Source: Candidatus Stammera capleta
GTDB taxonomy: Bacteria > Pseudomonadota > Gammaproteobacteria > Enterobacterales > Enterobacteriaceae
NCBI GenBank assembly: GCA_036689545.1
Contig: CP144853.1
Coordinates: 155,027 to 219,026, forward strand
Direction: 5' to 3'
DNA length: 64,000 bases
Part shown: positions 26,649 to 36,977 of the stretch, one piece after another
Layout: each line of letters starts with the position of its first letter
Numbering within the stretch: position 1 is the stretch's first letter
The notes under the pieces: model-generated
Databases searched by the model: none
Told to the model about the DNA's origin: nothing
Seen by the model: only the letters and a program-made list of their open reading frames with translations
Made by a program: the position numbers and the translations under genes

Positions 26649-27155
26649 TTAAAAATATTTATTAATATAAATATTTTTTTTTTTCAAATTTAAATTTAAA
26701 ATAGTTTTTTTATATATTAAAGGAATAAATTTTTTTTTTTTATTATTTAAACTAACAACTAAAATATCATTACTTTTACTAATATTTAAAATATCAATAA
26801 CATAACCTATACATATATTATGAAAATTTATAACATTAAAATTTATTAAATCTTTATAATAAAAAATATTTTCAGTACTTTTTAAAACATTAAATTTTAT
26901 AAATAAATCTAAATTAATTAATTTACTAACTAATTCTTTAGAATTGATATTAACAAATTTAACTAAATTTTTTTTTTCTTTTAAAATAAAATCTTCTATT
27001 TTTAAATAAAAAAATTCATTAAATCTAATTACAATTAATGGTTTATATTTTAATATACTTAATTTCTTATAAGTATAAATTATTAATTTAATATAACCTT
27101 TTGTACCATATGAAGAACAAAATTTACCAATTTTAAGTAATTTTTTTATTTTCAT
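26649..27155 (-). CDS. rimM: 16S rRNA processing protein RimM
   Basis: The track ORF is 26649-27206. I prefer the internal ATG at 27155 (MKIKKLLKIGKFCSSYGTKGYIKL vs E. coli VLGKMGSSYGIRGWLRV). The upstream 17 codons would overlap most of the rpsP tail. C-terminal PRC-barrel block NDILVV. The start is uncertain. Confidence 0.8.
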   Translation of the reverse strand: MKIKKLLKIGKFCSSYGTKGYIKLIIYTYKKLSILKYKPLIVIRFNEFFYLKIEDFILKEKKNLVKFVNINSKELVSKLINLDLFIKFNVLKSTENIFYYKDLINFNVINFHNICIGYVIDILNISKSNDILVVSLNNKKKKFIPLIYKKTILNLNLKKKNIYINKYF

Positions 27156-27399
27156 TTTTTTTATAATTCTTATACAAATAAAATATTCTTTTAGATAAAC
27201 ATGCACCTTTTTTTAATCAATTTTCTAAACTAGTTATATTAATATATATACTATTTTTTTCATTTTTTTTTAATAAAGGATTAAAAAAACCAATTTTTTC
27301 TATAAATTTTCCTCTACAAGATCTCCGTCTATCTGATATATATATTTTATAAAAAGGATATCTTTTTCTGCCATAACGTACTAAACGAACTATTACCAT
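27133..27399 (-). CDS. rpsP: 30S ribosomal protein S16
   Basis: ATG 27399. MVIVRLVRYGRKRYPFYKIYISDRR...GKFIEKIGFFNP parallels E. coli S16. Reading TGA 27217-27219 as the conserved Trp (E. coli AHWVGQGA vs ENWLKKGA) extends the protein to TAA 27133-27135. It then overlaps the rimM start by 23 nt. Confidence 0.9.
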
Positions 27400-27431
27400 A
27401 TAATTAATACCTAATTAATTAATATTATTTA

Positions 27432-27517
27432 CAGTGGGAAAGGGATTCGAACCCTTGATACAATAATTGTATACACATTTTCCAAACGTGTTCTTTAAGC
27501 CTCTCAGACATCCCACT
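27432..27517 (-). tRNA. tRNA-Ser (anticodon GGA), class II with long variable arm
   Basis: 86 nt. Acceptor AGTGGGA/TCCCACT, 3-bp D-stem, anticodon stem CACGT/ATGTG with loop TTGGAAA, 17-nt variable arm TATACAATTATTGTATC, T-arm AAGGG-TTCGAAT-CCCTT, discriminator G. Confidence 0.9.
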
Positions 27518-27556
27518 AAATAATAATATTAATATATTAAATTAAATAAAATCTTT

Positions 27557-27585
27557 TTGACATAAATATAATTTATAATTATAAT
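27557..27585 (+). promoter_or_regulatory. Consensus sigma-70 promoter upstream of tRNA-Asn
   Basis: TTGACA (27557-27562), exactly 17 nt of spacer, then TATAAT (27580-27585). The predicted start near 27592 lies about 18 nt before the mature tRNA 5' end at 27610. TATAAT alone means little in this base composition; an exact TTGACA at optimal spacing means more. Confidence 0.5.
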
Positions 27586-27609
27586 ACAGTTTATATATAT
27601 GTACAATAT

Positions 27610-27682
27610 TCCTCTGTAGTTCAGTTGGTAGAACGGCGGACTGTTAATCCGTATGTCACTGGTTCGAATCCAGTCAGAGGAG
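27610..27682 (+). tRNA. tRNA-Asn (anticodon GTT)
   Basis: 73 nt: TCCTCTGTAGTTCAGTTGGTAGAACGGCGGACTGTTAATCCGTATGTCACTGGTTCGAATCCAGTCAGAGGAG. It differs from E. coli tRNA-Asn at only a couple of positions. No CCA is encoded. Confidence 0.95.
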
Positions 27683-27687
27683 ATTAA

Positions 27688-30090
27688 TTAAAAATTAAAA
27701 TAGTTCTTATTTACATCAAAAACTAAATTTTTTTCTATAAATGATTTTCTAGATTTAACATTGTCTCCCATTAATATATTAAATAATTCATCAGCATTAT
27801 TCTTATTTTTAATTGTTATTTTAGATAAACACCTATTTCTAGGATCCATAGTTGTAGATCATAACTGATCAGGATTCATCTCTCCTAAACCTTTATAACG
27901 TTGTATAGAAATAAAATCTTGATTTTTTTTCAATAAAAAATTTATTAAAGAATAAAAACTATAAAACTCTTTTTTAACTTTTTTATATCATATATAAACC
28001 TTATAATTTGTATTAAAAAAAAATATTCTTTTACTTAATCTTATTAATATAATATTAAACCTAATAAAAAATTTTTTTGTTAAAACTACCTTAACTTTAT
28101 TAAAATTATCTTTAAAATAAAAATTTATTTTTCACAAATTATTATTTTTCTCTAAAACTTTACCTTTAAATATTAAACCAAAAGTATTTTTATTTAAATA
28201 AACTAAAAAATTAATTAATCATACATAACATTTTCTAATATTATTAAAATCTATTTTTTCAAAAAAAATTAATTGTTCAAATAAAAAATTAAAAAAAAGA
28301 CTTTTATTATTAGAAATAAAAGTCTTTATATATATATATATAACTGATATTCTTATTAAATACCTATCTTTTAATAATAAAATATTATCTTTTCAATATA
28401 CATTAATATCTTTAAAAGAAAGATAAATAACTTTATATAATAAATCACTATCATTTTTTATATAAAATTCTTGTTTATCTTTTGTAACTCTATATAAAGG
28501 TGGTTTTGCAATATATAAAAAACCATTTGAAATTATATCAGGTATATATTTATAAAAAAAAGCTAATAATAAAGTTCTAATATGTGCTCCATCAACATCG
28601 GCATCAGTCATAATAATAATATTATGATAACGTAATTTATTTAAATTAAAATCTTCATAACCAATACCACATCCTAAAGCAGTTACTAAAGTACTAATTT
28701 CTACAGATGATAAAATTTTATCTAAAGTGTTTTTTTGAACATTAATTATTTTTCCTTTTAATGGTAAAATAGCTTGGTATTTTCTATTTCTACCCTGTTT
28801 TGCAGATCCACCTGCTGAGTCTCCTTCAACTAAAAAAATTTCAGCATAAAAAGGATTTTTTTCCTGACAATCAGCTAACTTACCAGAAATACTAGAAACA
28901 TCTAAACTACTTTTTTTTTTAAAAATTTCTTTATATTTTCTAGTAGCTTCTCTAATACGGGCTGAATTAAGAATTTTATTTATAATTAATTTACTATCTT
29001 GAGGATATTCTAACAAAAAATCAAAAAAATATTCAACAACTAAATTTTCAATTTTAGATTTAACCTCAAAAGAAATTAATTTATTTTTAGTTTGAGAAGA
29101 AAACTTAGGATTAAACATTTTTAAAGAAATTATACTATATAACCCTTCTCTAGTATCTAAACCAATAACATTCAATTTATTTTTTTTATTATTTATTTTT
29201 TTTTCAATATAATTATTTATTGTACGTGTTATACCAGATTTTAATCCAGATAAATGACATCCTCCCTCTAATTGAGGAATATTATTTGTAAAACAAAAAA
29301 TATTCTCTTTAAAAGATTCTACTCATTGACAAACAATCTCTAAATAAAAATCATCTTTTATAAATTTAAAATAAAATACATTACTATGAATAAGTTTTTT
29401 ATCTTTACATAAAGATAATAAAAAAGACTTTATACCACCATTATTAAAAAATTTTTTTCTTTTATTAAACCTTTTATCAATTAAATAAATTAATAAACCA
29501 GAATTTAAAAATGATAATTGATTCAACCTTTTTTCTAAAATTAAAAACTCAAAATTTAATTTATTATTAAAAATTAAATGATCAGGTCAAAATTTAATAA
29601 AAGTACCTTTTAGATTAGTATCACCAATAATCAAAATTTTATTTTTAGGTACACCAAACATATATTCTTGATAATAAATTTTATTATTACGATATATTTT
29701 TAATTCTAATTTTTTCGATAATGCATTTACAACTGATACTCCTACACCATGTAAACCACCTGATATTTTATAAGAACTATTATCAAATTTACCTCCAGCA
29801 TGTAATACTGTCATTACTAATTCAGCAGCAGATATTTTTTCATCTTTATGAATATCTACAGGAATACCTCTACCATTATCTAATACCGAAACTGAATTAT
29901 CTTTATATATAGTAACTATAATTTTATTACAAAAACCAGCTAACGATTCATCAATAGAATTATCTATTAATTCAAATACCATATGATGTAAACCTGTACC
30001 ATCATCTACATTGCCAATATACATACCAGGTCTTTTTCTAACAGCATCTAAACCTTTTAATACTTTAATATTAGAAGAATTATATAACAT
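27688..30090 (-). CDS. gyrB: DNA gyrase subunit B
   Basis: TAA 27688-27690. I prefer ATG 30090 ([26 protein letters not shown] vs E. coli [28 protein letters not shown]). The track start at 30126 is a TTG. GHKL ATPase blocks [30 protein letters not shown]. Toprim blocks [30 protein letters not shown]. Tail [19 protein letters not shown]. Eight TGA=Trp codons join ORFs 29587-30126, 29323-29526 and 28393-29175 with an untracked 700-nt tail. Confidence 0.94.
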
Positions 30091-30146
30091 ATTTTTATTT
30101 AATTTTTTAAAATTATACTTTAACAATAAAAAATCTTTTATATAAA

Positions 30147-31280
30147 TTAAAATTTAATTGGCATAATCATATAATTAATAAAAGAATCTTCATAACTATT
30201 AATTTTAATTACAGAAATATTATCTTTAAAATAAAATCTTATTTGATAAGAATTTTTTATAGAATTTAATACATCTAAAATATATTTAACATTAAAACTA
30301 ACTTTAAAATCTGCAAATTTATAATCAATTAATAATTTTTCTTTTATTTCATCATTATTAGAATTAACTGAAAATATTTCAAGTAAATTTTTTTGAAAAA
30401 AAAAAGTAACATAATTAAAAGATAAACTACTAATAACTAATGTACGTAATAAACAATTTTTTAAATCTAAAACATTTAAATTAACAAATTTATAATCTTT
30501 AGTTGAAATAAGAATACTTTTATAATCAGGAAAAGTACCATCCATTAATTTAGAATAAATAATAAAATTATTTAAATAAATTTTAATTATTTTATTATTT
30601 AATTCAAAAAAAATATTTTTTTCATAATTAAATGAACTTAAAAAATTTAATATTTCTAATGATAATTTTCTAGATATAACAAAATAAAAATCTTGTTTTT
30701 TATTTAAAATAAATTTTTTTTGAGATACTTTGCATATAGACATACGATAACCATCAGTAGAAACAAAAAAAAGTTTATTTTCTTTAAATTCTATTAATAC
30801 ACCATTTAAATAAAATCTAATATCTTGATTACCTATAGAAAAATAAATAGATTCCATTATTTTTTTTAACAAAACAAATGAAATTTGAAATTTATAATTA
30901 AATAATAAATTTTTAGTAAAAATAGGAAAATTAGATTCTGGTAAAGTAGAAAATAAAGATATACTTTGAAAACATGAAATTTTTAATTTATTTTTTAATA
31001 AATTAATAGTAATCTCAGACTTTTCAGGAAAATTACGAAATAAATCATATAATTTACGTATACTAACTGTAGTAATACCATTTTTAAAAACATTTTTTTT
31101 TAAAAGTTTTAAATAAAATCTAATTTCTATATCTAAATCAGTAACTATTAAAATTAATAAATTAAAATTTAAACGTATTAAAACATTAGATAAAATTAAC
31201 TCTTTTAAATTATTAGATAAATGATTATTTAATTTACTTAAAGGTTTCAATATTTCTTCTCTATTTATAATAAATTTCAT
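30147..31280 (-). CDS. dnaN: DNA polymerase III beta sliding clamp
   Basis: Uninterrupted 377-codon ORF between dnaA and gyrB. N-terminus [17 protein letters not shown] (E. coli MKFTVEREHLLKPLQQV). Three-domain length, with [13 protein letters not shown] matching the conserved L-DG-FPDY block. Confidence 0.9.
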   Translation of the reverse strand: MKFIINREEILKPLSKLNNHLSNNLKELILSNVLIRLNFNLLILIVTDLDIEIRFYLKLLKKNVFKNGITTVSIRKLYDLFRNFPEKSEITINLLKNKLKISCFQSISLFSTLPESNFPIFTKNLLFNYKFQISFVLLKKIMESIYFSIGNQDIRFYLNGVLIEFKENKLFFVSTDGYRMSICKVSQKKFILNKKQDFYFVISRKLSLEILNFLSSFNYEKNIFFELNNKIIKIYLNNFIIYSKLMDGTFPDYKSILISTKDYKFVNLNVLDLKNCLLRTLVISSLSFNYVTFFFQKNLLEIFSVNSNNDEIKEKLLIDYKFADFKVSFNVKYILDVLNSIKNSYQIRFYFKDNISVIKINSYEDSFINYMIMPIKF

Positions 31281-31281
31281 A

Positions 31282-32664
31282 TTAAAAATTAGATATTAAT
31301 TTAATTAAATTCTTAAAATCAGATTTAACATTATGATTTGTAATACATAATCTTGATATTTTTTTACAAGAATATAATATTGTAGAATGATCTAAACCAC
31401 CAAAAAATTTTCCTAACTCTGATAAACTATAATTAGTTAATTTTTTACTAATAGCTATCGATATCTGTCTAGGATAAATTAAAGATTTATAACGAGATCT
31501 AGACAATAAATCAGAAAGAGATAATTTATAGTAATTAGACACTATTTCTTGTATATCAGATATATTAATTTTTTTATCATAAACACCTATTAAATCATAT
31601 AATATATTTTTAACAAAATCAATATTAATATTATTTAAATAATTAAAATAAATTGTATTAACAAAAACAATATTTAAAGCACCTTCTAATTCAGAAATAT
31701 TATTAAATACATTTTTAGCTATAAATTTAATAATATTTTTACCTAAAAAAAAACTCATTTCCTTAGTTTTTTTTACTAAAAATCTATATCTTAATTTAAA
31801 ATCTGGTTTTTTAATATTAATAACTAAACCACATAATAATTTTGACATTAATCTATTATTAATACCATTCATTTTTTTTATATGAACATTAGAAGTAACA
31901 ACAATAAAACTATTTTTATCTAATAAAGCTGAAATTATATATAAAAATTCTTCCTGAGAATGTTCTTTATTAGAAAAAAATTGTATATCATCTATCAATA
32001 ATATATCAGCAGAACGAAAATATAATTTAAATTCCTCTATAGAATTATTATATAAAGAATAAACCATTTTACTAACAAATCTTTCTGATGTTATATAAAT
32101 AACATGTTTTTTAAAATTAAATAAAGAATTCACATTATTTCCAATTGCATGTAATAAATGAGTTTTACCTAAACCAGTATTACTATACAAATAAATTGAT
32201 CTATAATTTGTTAAAGGAAAATTACATATATTTAATAATTCTTTATATACAATAAAATTTGATTCACTATATATAAAATTATTAAAAGTATATTTATCCA
32301 ATAAATTACAATTATTAAACTTTTTAAAATTTAAAAAATTTAAAGAAAATTTATCTTTTAAATAAAGTTTTTTATTTACACTTAAAAAAGAATTTTCATC
32401 TAAATTTTTACTACCAACAAACAAATTCACTGTAGGAATAGAATTTTTATTACAAAAAAAAAATAAAGATTTATTTATTAAAGATAAATAATTTTCATAA
32501 ACATAATTAACTACAAATTTATTAGGAGCATATAACTCAATAGAATCTGTAAAAACTATAGCTTGTAATGGAAGTATCCACATGTTAAACTCATAATCTG
32601 ATAAATTATTTTTTAATTGTACTAAACATTTTTGCCATAAATTCTGTGACAATTTTAACCTCAC
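31282..32664 (-). CDS. dnaA: Chromosomal replication initiator DnaA
   Basis: 460 codons with a GTG start at 32664 (E. coli dnaA also starts with GTG). LWQKCLVQLKNNLSDYEFNMWILPLQ, YAPNKFV, Walker A SNTGLGKTHLLHAIGN, LLIDDIQFF, C-terminal DNA-binding block GGLDHSTILYSCKKI. Trp is encoded by TGG in this gene. Confidence 0.95.
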   Translation of the reverse strand: MRLKLSQNLWQKCLVQLKNNLSDYEFNMWILPLQAIVFTDSIELYAPNKFVVNYVYENYLSLINKSLFFFCNKNSIPTVNLFVGSKNLDENSFLSVNKKLYLKDKFSLNFLNFKKFNNCNLLDKYTFNNFIYSESNFIVYKELLNICNFPLTNYRSIYLYSNTGLGKTHLLHAIGNNVNSLFNFKKHVIYITSERFVSKMVYSLYNNSIEEFKLYFRSADILLIDDIQFFSNKEHSQEEFLYIISALLDKNSFIVVTSNVHIKKMNGINNRLMSKLLCGLVINIKKPDFKLRYRFLVKKTKEMSFFLGKNIIKFIAKNVFNNISELEGALNIVFVNTIYFNYLNNINIDFVKNILYDLIGVYDKKINISDIQEIVSNYYKLSLSDLLSRSRYKSLIYPRQISIAISKKLTNYSLSELGKFFGGLDHSTILYSCKKISRLCITNHNVKSDFKNLIKLISNF

Positions 32665-32665
32665 A

Positions 32666-32736
32666 TTTAAATAAAAATTAAAATAAATAAATATTATATA
32701 ATTATATATAAATTTTAAATAAAAATTAAAATAAAT
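32666..32736. repeat. Exact 23-bp direct repeat (48-bp offset) filling the dnaA-rpmH divergent spacer
   Basis: TTTAAATAAAAATTAAAATAAAT occurs at 32666-32688 and again at 32714-32736. The second copy runs into the rpmH ATG (32735-32737). The first begins 2 nt from the dnaA GTG. Confidence 0.85.
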
Positions 32737-32869
32737 GAAAAGAACATTTCAACCTTCAAAAATAAAAAAAATTCGTAATAATGGATTTAGAAAAAGAATG
32801 TCAACAAAAAACGGGAAAAAAATAATATCTAGAAAGAGAAATAGAAAAAGAAATAAATTATCTATATAA
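32735..32869 (+). CDS. rpmH: 50S ribosomal protein L34
   Basis: ATG 32735, TAA 32867-32869, 44 aa: [44 protein letters not shown], the classic L34 sequence. Too short for the ORF track. Divergent from dnaA as in E. coli. Confidence 0.95.
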   Translation: MKRTFQPSKIKKIRNNGFRKRMSTKNGKKIISRKRNRKRNKLSI

Positions 32870-32871
32870 AA

Positions 32872-33216
32872 TTGAAAACAAAAAAAAGATTTTTCTTTAA
32901 AAAAAATAAAAAATTAAAAAAAAAAGATTTTATTTATAAAAATTTAAAAATAATTAATAGCAAATTATTTATTTTAAAAATAAAAAATAATAATTTAAAC
33001 TTTCCTCGATTAGGATTAATAATAAAAAAAAAAATCTTTAAATATTCTATTATAAGAAATAAAATCAAAAGATTAATAGTTAATAACTTTAGAATAAAAC
33101 AATATAAATTACATAATTATGATTATATATTAACAATTAAAGAAATTTTTTTAAAATTAAATAAAAAAAAAAAAAAAAACTATATTAATTTACTATGAAA
33201 AACATATTATAAATAA
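32872..33216 (+). CDS. rnpA: RNase P protein component
   Basis: It starts at TTG 32872, 2 nt after the rpmH stop, and no ATG is available. TAA 33214-33216 after reading TGA 33196-33198. The conserved RNR-type block is IIRNKIKRLIVNNFR. An A17 run at 33163-33179 lies near the 3' end. The start is uncertain. Confidence 0.8.
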
Positions 33217-33245
33217 TATATATTGTTATATTAAATAGGTAAATT

Positions 33246-34736
33246 ATGAATAATAAAAAGTATATATTATTAATAACACTTAGTATATTATTAATATTTA
33301 CTACTAGTTTGTATTTTAAAAAAAAAAAAACATTTAATAATATAATTAGTAATAAAGAAAAAAAAAAAAATATTAATATATTGTCATTTAATAATGACAT
33401 CTACTGATGAAAATTTAATTCTAAAAATAATACAATACAAAAAATAAAATCTAAAAATTATTTAAATAAAAACAAAATAAAATTATTAATAAATCCAAAT
33501 AATTATATTTATAAAATAAATACTAAATTAATTAAAAAAAATAATAATACAGAAAAAAATATTAATTTTAATAACAAAATAAATACAAAAAAAGATAATA
33601 AAAATTTAATTTCATACTTTAAAAGTAAAGAATTAGAAATATATAGAATAATTAATTTAGAAAAAAAAAATTTTGAAATAAATATATCTTACCTAATATA
33701 TAATTTATCGAAAAAAAAAATCAAATTTAATTTACTGAATCAAATAGAACAATATTTAAAAAAAAATACAAATAATGATTCTAAATTTTCTATTTATACT
33801 CAAGAAGAAAAATTTAAAGAATTTAATACTAAAAAAGAAAATAAAAAATTTAATATTAAAACTAAACATGGATGAATATCTATGTCGAATCAATATTTTA
33901 TTAATGTTATTATGCCAATATTTGATAAAAATATTAAGTTTATAAACATATTTCAAGAAAAAAAAAATAATTTAATTAAATTAGGTTATAAAACTAATGA
34001 TATTTACATTTATCCTAAAAAAAATAAAAAAATAAAATTTAAATTATGAATAGGTCCAAAATTAATTAATAATTTAGAAAAATTAGATCAAAATTTAACA
34101 AAAAATATAAATTTTGGTATATTGTCTTCATTTTGTATTTTTCTTTTTAAAATATTAAATTATATTAATTTACATATTAAAAATTGAGGTATATCTATAA
34201 TAATTATAACTTGTTTAATAAAAATTATTTTTTTTCCATTAAGTAAAATACAATATATAAATTTTAAAAAATTAAGAAAAATACAACCTAAAATAAAAAA
34301 AATAAAAGAAAAATATAAAAATAATAAAAAAAAAATTAGTTATAAAACTTTTTGATTATATAAAAAAAATAAAATAAATTTATTTAGTAGTGTTATACCT
34401 ACATTTATACAAATACCTATATTTGTATCAATGTATAATATGTTATCTACAATTGTAGAATTAAAAAATTCACCTTTCTTATTCTGAATAACAGATTTAT
34501 CCAGTAATGATCCATTATATATTTTACCTATAATAATGGGATATACTATATATATAGTACAAATAGATAATAAAAATATACAAAATATAAATTTTAAAAA
34601 TAAAAAAATGGTCTTAATCATGTCAATATGTTTTACAATATTTTCACTAAATTTTTCAAGTGCAATTATATTACACTATATAATAAATAACTTAATAACC
34701 ATAACACAACAAAAATTATTTAATAAAAATGAGTAA
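33246..34736 (+). CDS. yidC: Membrane protein insertase YidC
   Basis: ATG 33246, TAA 34734-34736, 496 aa. Blocks match E. coli YidC TM2-TM6: HG-W-ISMSNQYF, L-W-IGP, KN-W-GISIIIITCLIKIIFFPLSKIQY, LRKIQPKIKKIKEKY, IQIPIFVSMYNML, PLYILPIIMG. About nine TGA=Trp codons, including two adjacent ones at 33405-33410. The periplasmic P1 domain is shortened. Confidence 0.92.
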
Positions 34737-36135
34737 ATTTATTGAAACTATTTTAGCACAATGTACTCCTACTGGTAATGGTGGAATAGGTATCGTAAGA
34801 ATTTCTGGAAATAAATCTATTAATATAGCTAAAAAAATTTTAGGTAAAATACCTAAACCTAGATATGCAGAATATTTAGCTTTTAAAAATCATTTAAAAA
34901 AAACTATAGATTACGGAATAGCAATTTTTTATAAAAAACCAAAATCATATACTGGTGAAGACATATTAGAACTACAAAGTCATGGAGGACAAAAAATAAT
35001 AGAAATTATTATACAATCTATTATTAACTTAAAAATTAAAAAAGTTAGATTAGCTTTACCTGGAGAATTTACAAAAAGAGCATTTCTAAATAATAAAATA
35101 GACCTTATACAAGCAGAAGCTATAAATGATTTAATACATACTAAATCTGAAAGTACAATATATAATACTATAAATTTTGTAAAAGGAAATTTTTCTAATA
35201 AACTAAAAAAAATAACAAAAAATTTAAATAAATTTAGATTATTAATTGAAGCAGAAATTAATTTTCCTGAAAATATAAATATTTTAAATATAAATATTTT
35301 AATAAAATACAAAAAAAAAATAAAAATTATTTTTTTAAAATTGTTTAATATATATAAACAAATTAAAAATAATTTAAACTATGTAAACGGAATTAAATTA
35401 GTTTTAATGGGTAAACCTAATGTAGGAAAATCGAGTTTAATGAATACTATAACTGGTAAAAATAACTCTATTATAACTAAAATACCAGGTACTACTAGAG
35501 ATATAATTAAAGATTATATTAATATAAATAATATTAACATAGAAATCAATGATACTACTGGAATACATAAAACAAATAATATAATAGAAAAAATAGGAAT
35601 TAAAAAAACATGAAATGAAATAAATCAATCAAAACTAATATTTTTTATAGAAAATGCTAAAGAAATTTCAGAAAAAAAAATAGTTAAATATTTTAAAAAA
35701 AAATTTTTAAATAAAATTAAAATACCTAAAAAAAAAATATTTTTCTTAATAAGAAATAAAATAGATTTAACTAAAGAAAAATTTAAAATTAAAAAAAAAA
35801 AAAAATTTTATATTATTAATATATCAATAAAAAAAAATATAGGAGTTAAAGAACTAATTCTGTTAATAAAAAAAAAAATAAAATACATAAATAATATAGA
35901 AAATAATTTTTTAATTAAAGAAAGATATATCGAATCAATAAAGAAAATTTTAAATTATTTAATTAGTATATATAATCAAATTTATAAAACAAAAAATTTA
36001 ATAAATATTAATCTAGAACTAATAACAGAAAAAATTTTCTTTATTGAAAAAGAAATAAATTTAATTTTAGGTAAGAATATTAATTCTGAAGATATTATAA
36101 ATAAAATATTTTCAAATTTCTGTATAGGAAAATAA
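34729..36135 (+). CDS. mnmE: tRNA modification GTPase MnmE (TrmE)
   Basis: ATG 34729 overlaps the yidC end by 8 nt. TAA 36133-36135. N-terminus GGIGIVRISG, LPGEFTKRAFLNNKIDLIQAEAINDLI, G-domain GKPNVGKSSLMN and DTTGI, C-terminal FCIGK. TGA=Trp at 35611-35613. Confidence 0.93.
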
Positions 36136-36144
36136 CCTAAAAAT

Positions 36145-36930
36145 TTACTTTAAAATATTATTGATAATATTTACTTCTTTTGTTAATTTTAAATGTTTAA
36201 AAGATTTTTTAAGATAAAATAAAAATAATTTAATATATTTTTCATTAGGGTATAAAGATAATACATCTCAAATTCTATTTATCACTGCAATATAAGCATT
36301 TCTTTTATAATAATATTGAATAATATTTAATTCATGTTGTAAGATTTTATCTTTTATAAAATGCATTCTTTTTATAGAATTTAAATAATAAATACTTTTA
36401 GGAAAAGCATTTATTAAATTTAAAAAATTTTTGTATGATATTTTTAAATAATTAAAGTTATAATCATAACAATTTAAAAATAAACTTTTAATAAAACAAA
36501 AATTTTTACTTAACTTAAAATAAATTAATCCATGCAGATACATTAAATATTCAATATTTTTATCAAAAATATATTGTTTAACATAAGAATTAATTAAATC
36601 TAAAGATAAAAAAAGATCTTCATTCTTAAAATAACAATAAATTAAAATTAATTTAATTTGTTTATCAAATGTTTCATTACAAGGATAATTTACTAAAATA
36701 TCATTTAATATAGTTATAGCATTAGTATATTTTTTTTCAAAAACATATTTTTTTGCTTTATTATATAAATGATTAACTTTTAAAATACAATTATGTTGAT
36801 TTAAATTATATTTTTTTTTAATTTCTTGAAAATAATTATTATTATTCTTTTTTAAATTTACAGAACCAAAACTAAATGACATTAAAAAAAAATTTAAAAA
36901 AATAAATAGTACGATTTTATAATTAAACAT
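36145..36930 (-). CDS. bamD: Outer-membrane assembly factor BamD (YfiO)
   Basis: ATG 36930, TAA 36145-36147. TPR protein colinear with E. coli BamD: AITILNDILVNYP vs AITQLEALDNRYP, LILIYCYFKNED vs LDLIYAYYKNAD, EYLMYLHGL, YYYKRNAYIAVINRI vs YYTERGAWVAVVNRV. Divergent from rluD as in E. coli. There is no Cys in the signal region. TGA=Trp at 36268-36270. Confidence 0.85.
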
Positions 36931-36977
36931 ATAAATAAATAGATAAATTAATATTATTACTATTATATTATTAATAT

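Noticed and set aside
30091-30126. Longer gyrB start (track 30126) and longer rimM start (27206).
   Set aside because: 30126 is a TTG, and the extra 12 residues have no counterpart in GyrB, while ATG 30090 aligns with E. coli residue 1. The rimM extension would overlap most of the rpsP tail. Both remain possible, so starts are flagged as uncertain.
32665-32734. Replication origin next to dnaA.
   Set aside because: There are no DnaA-box-like sequences; the spacer contains no G or C. In Enterobacterales, oriC lies near mnmG/mioC, not at dnaA. Nothing in this window looks like an origin.
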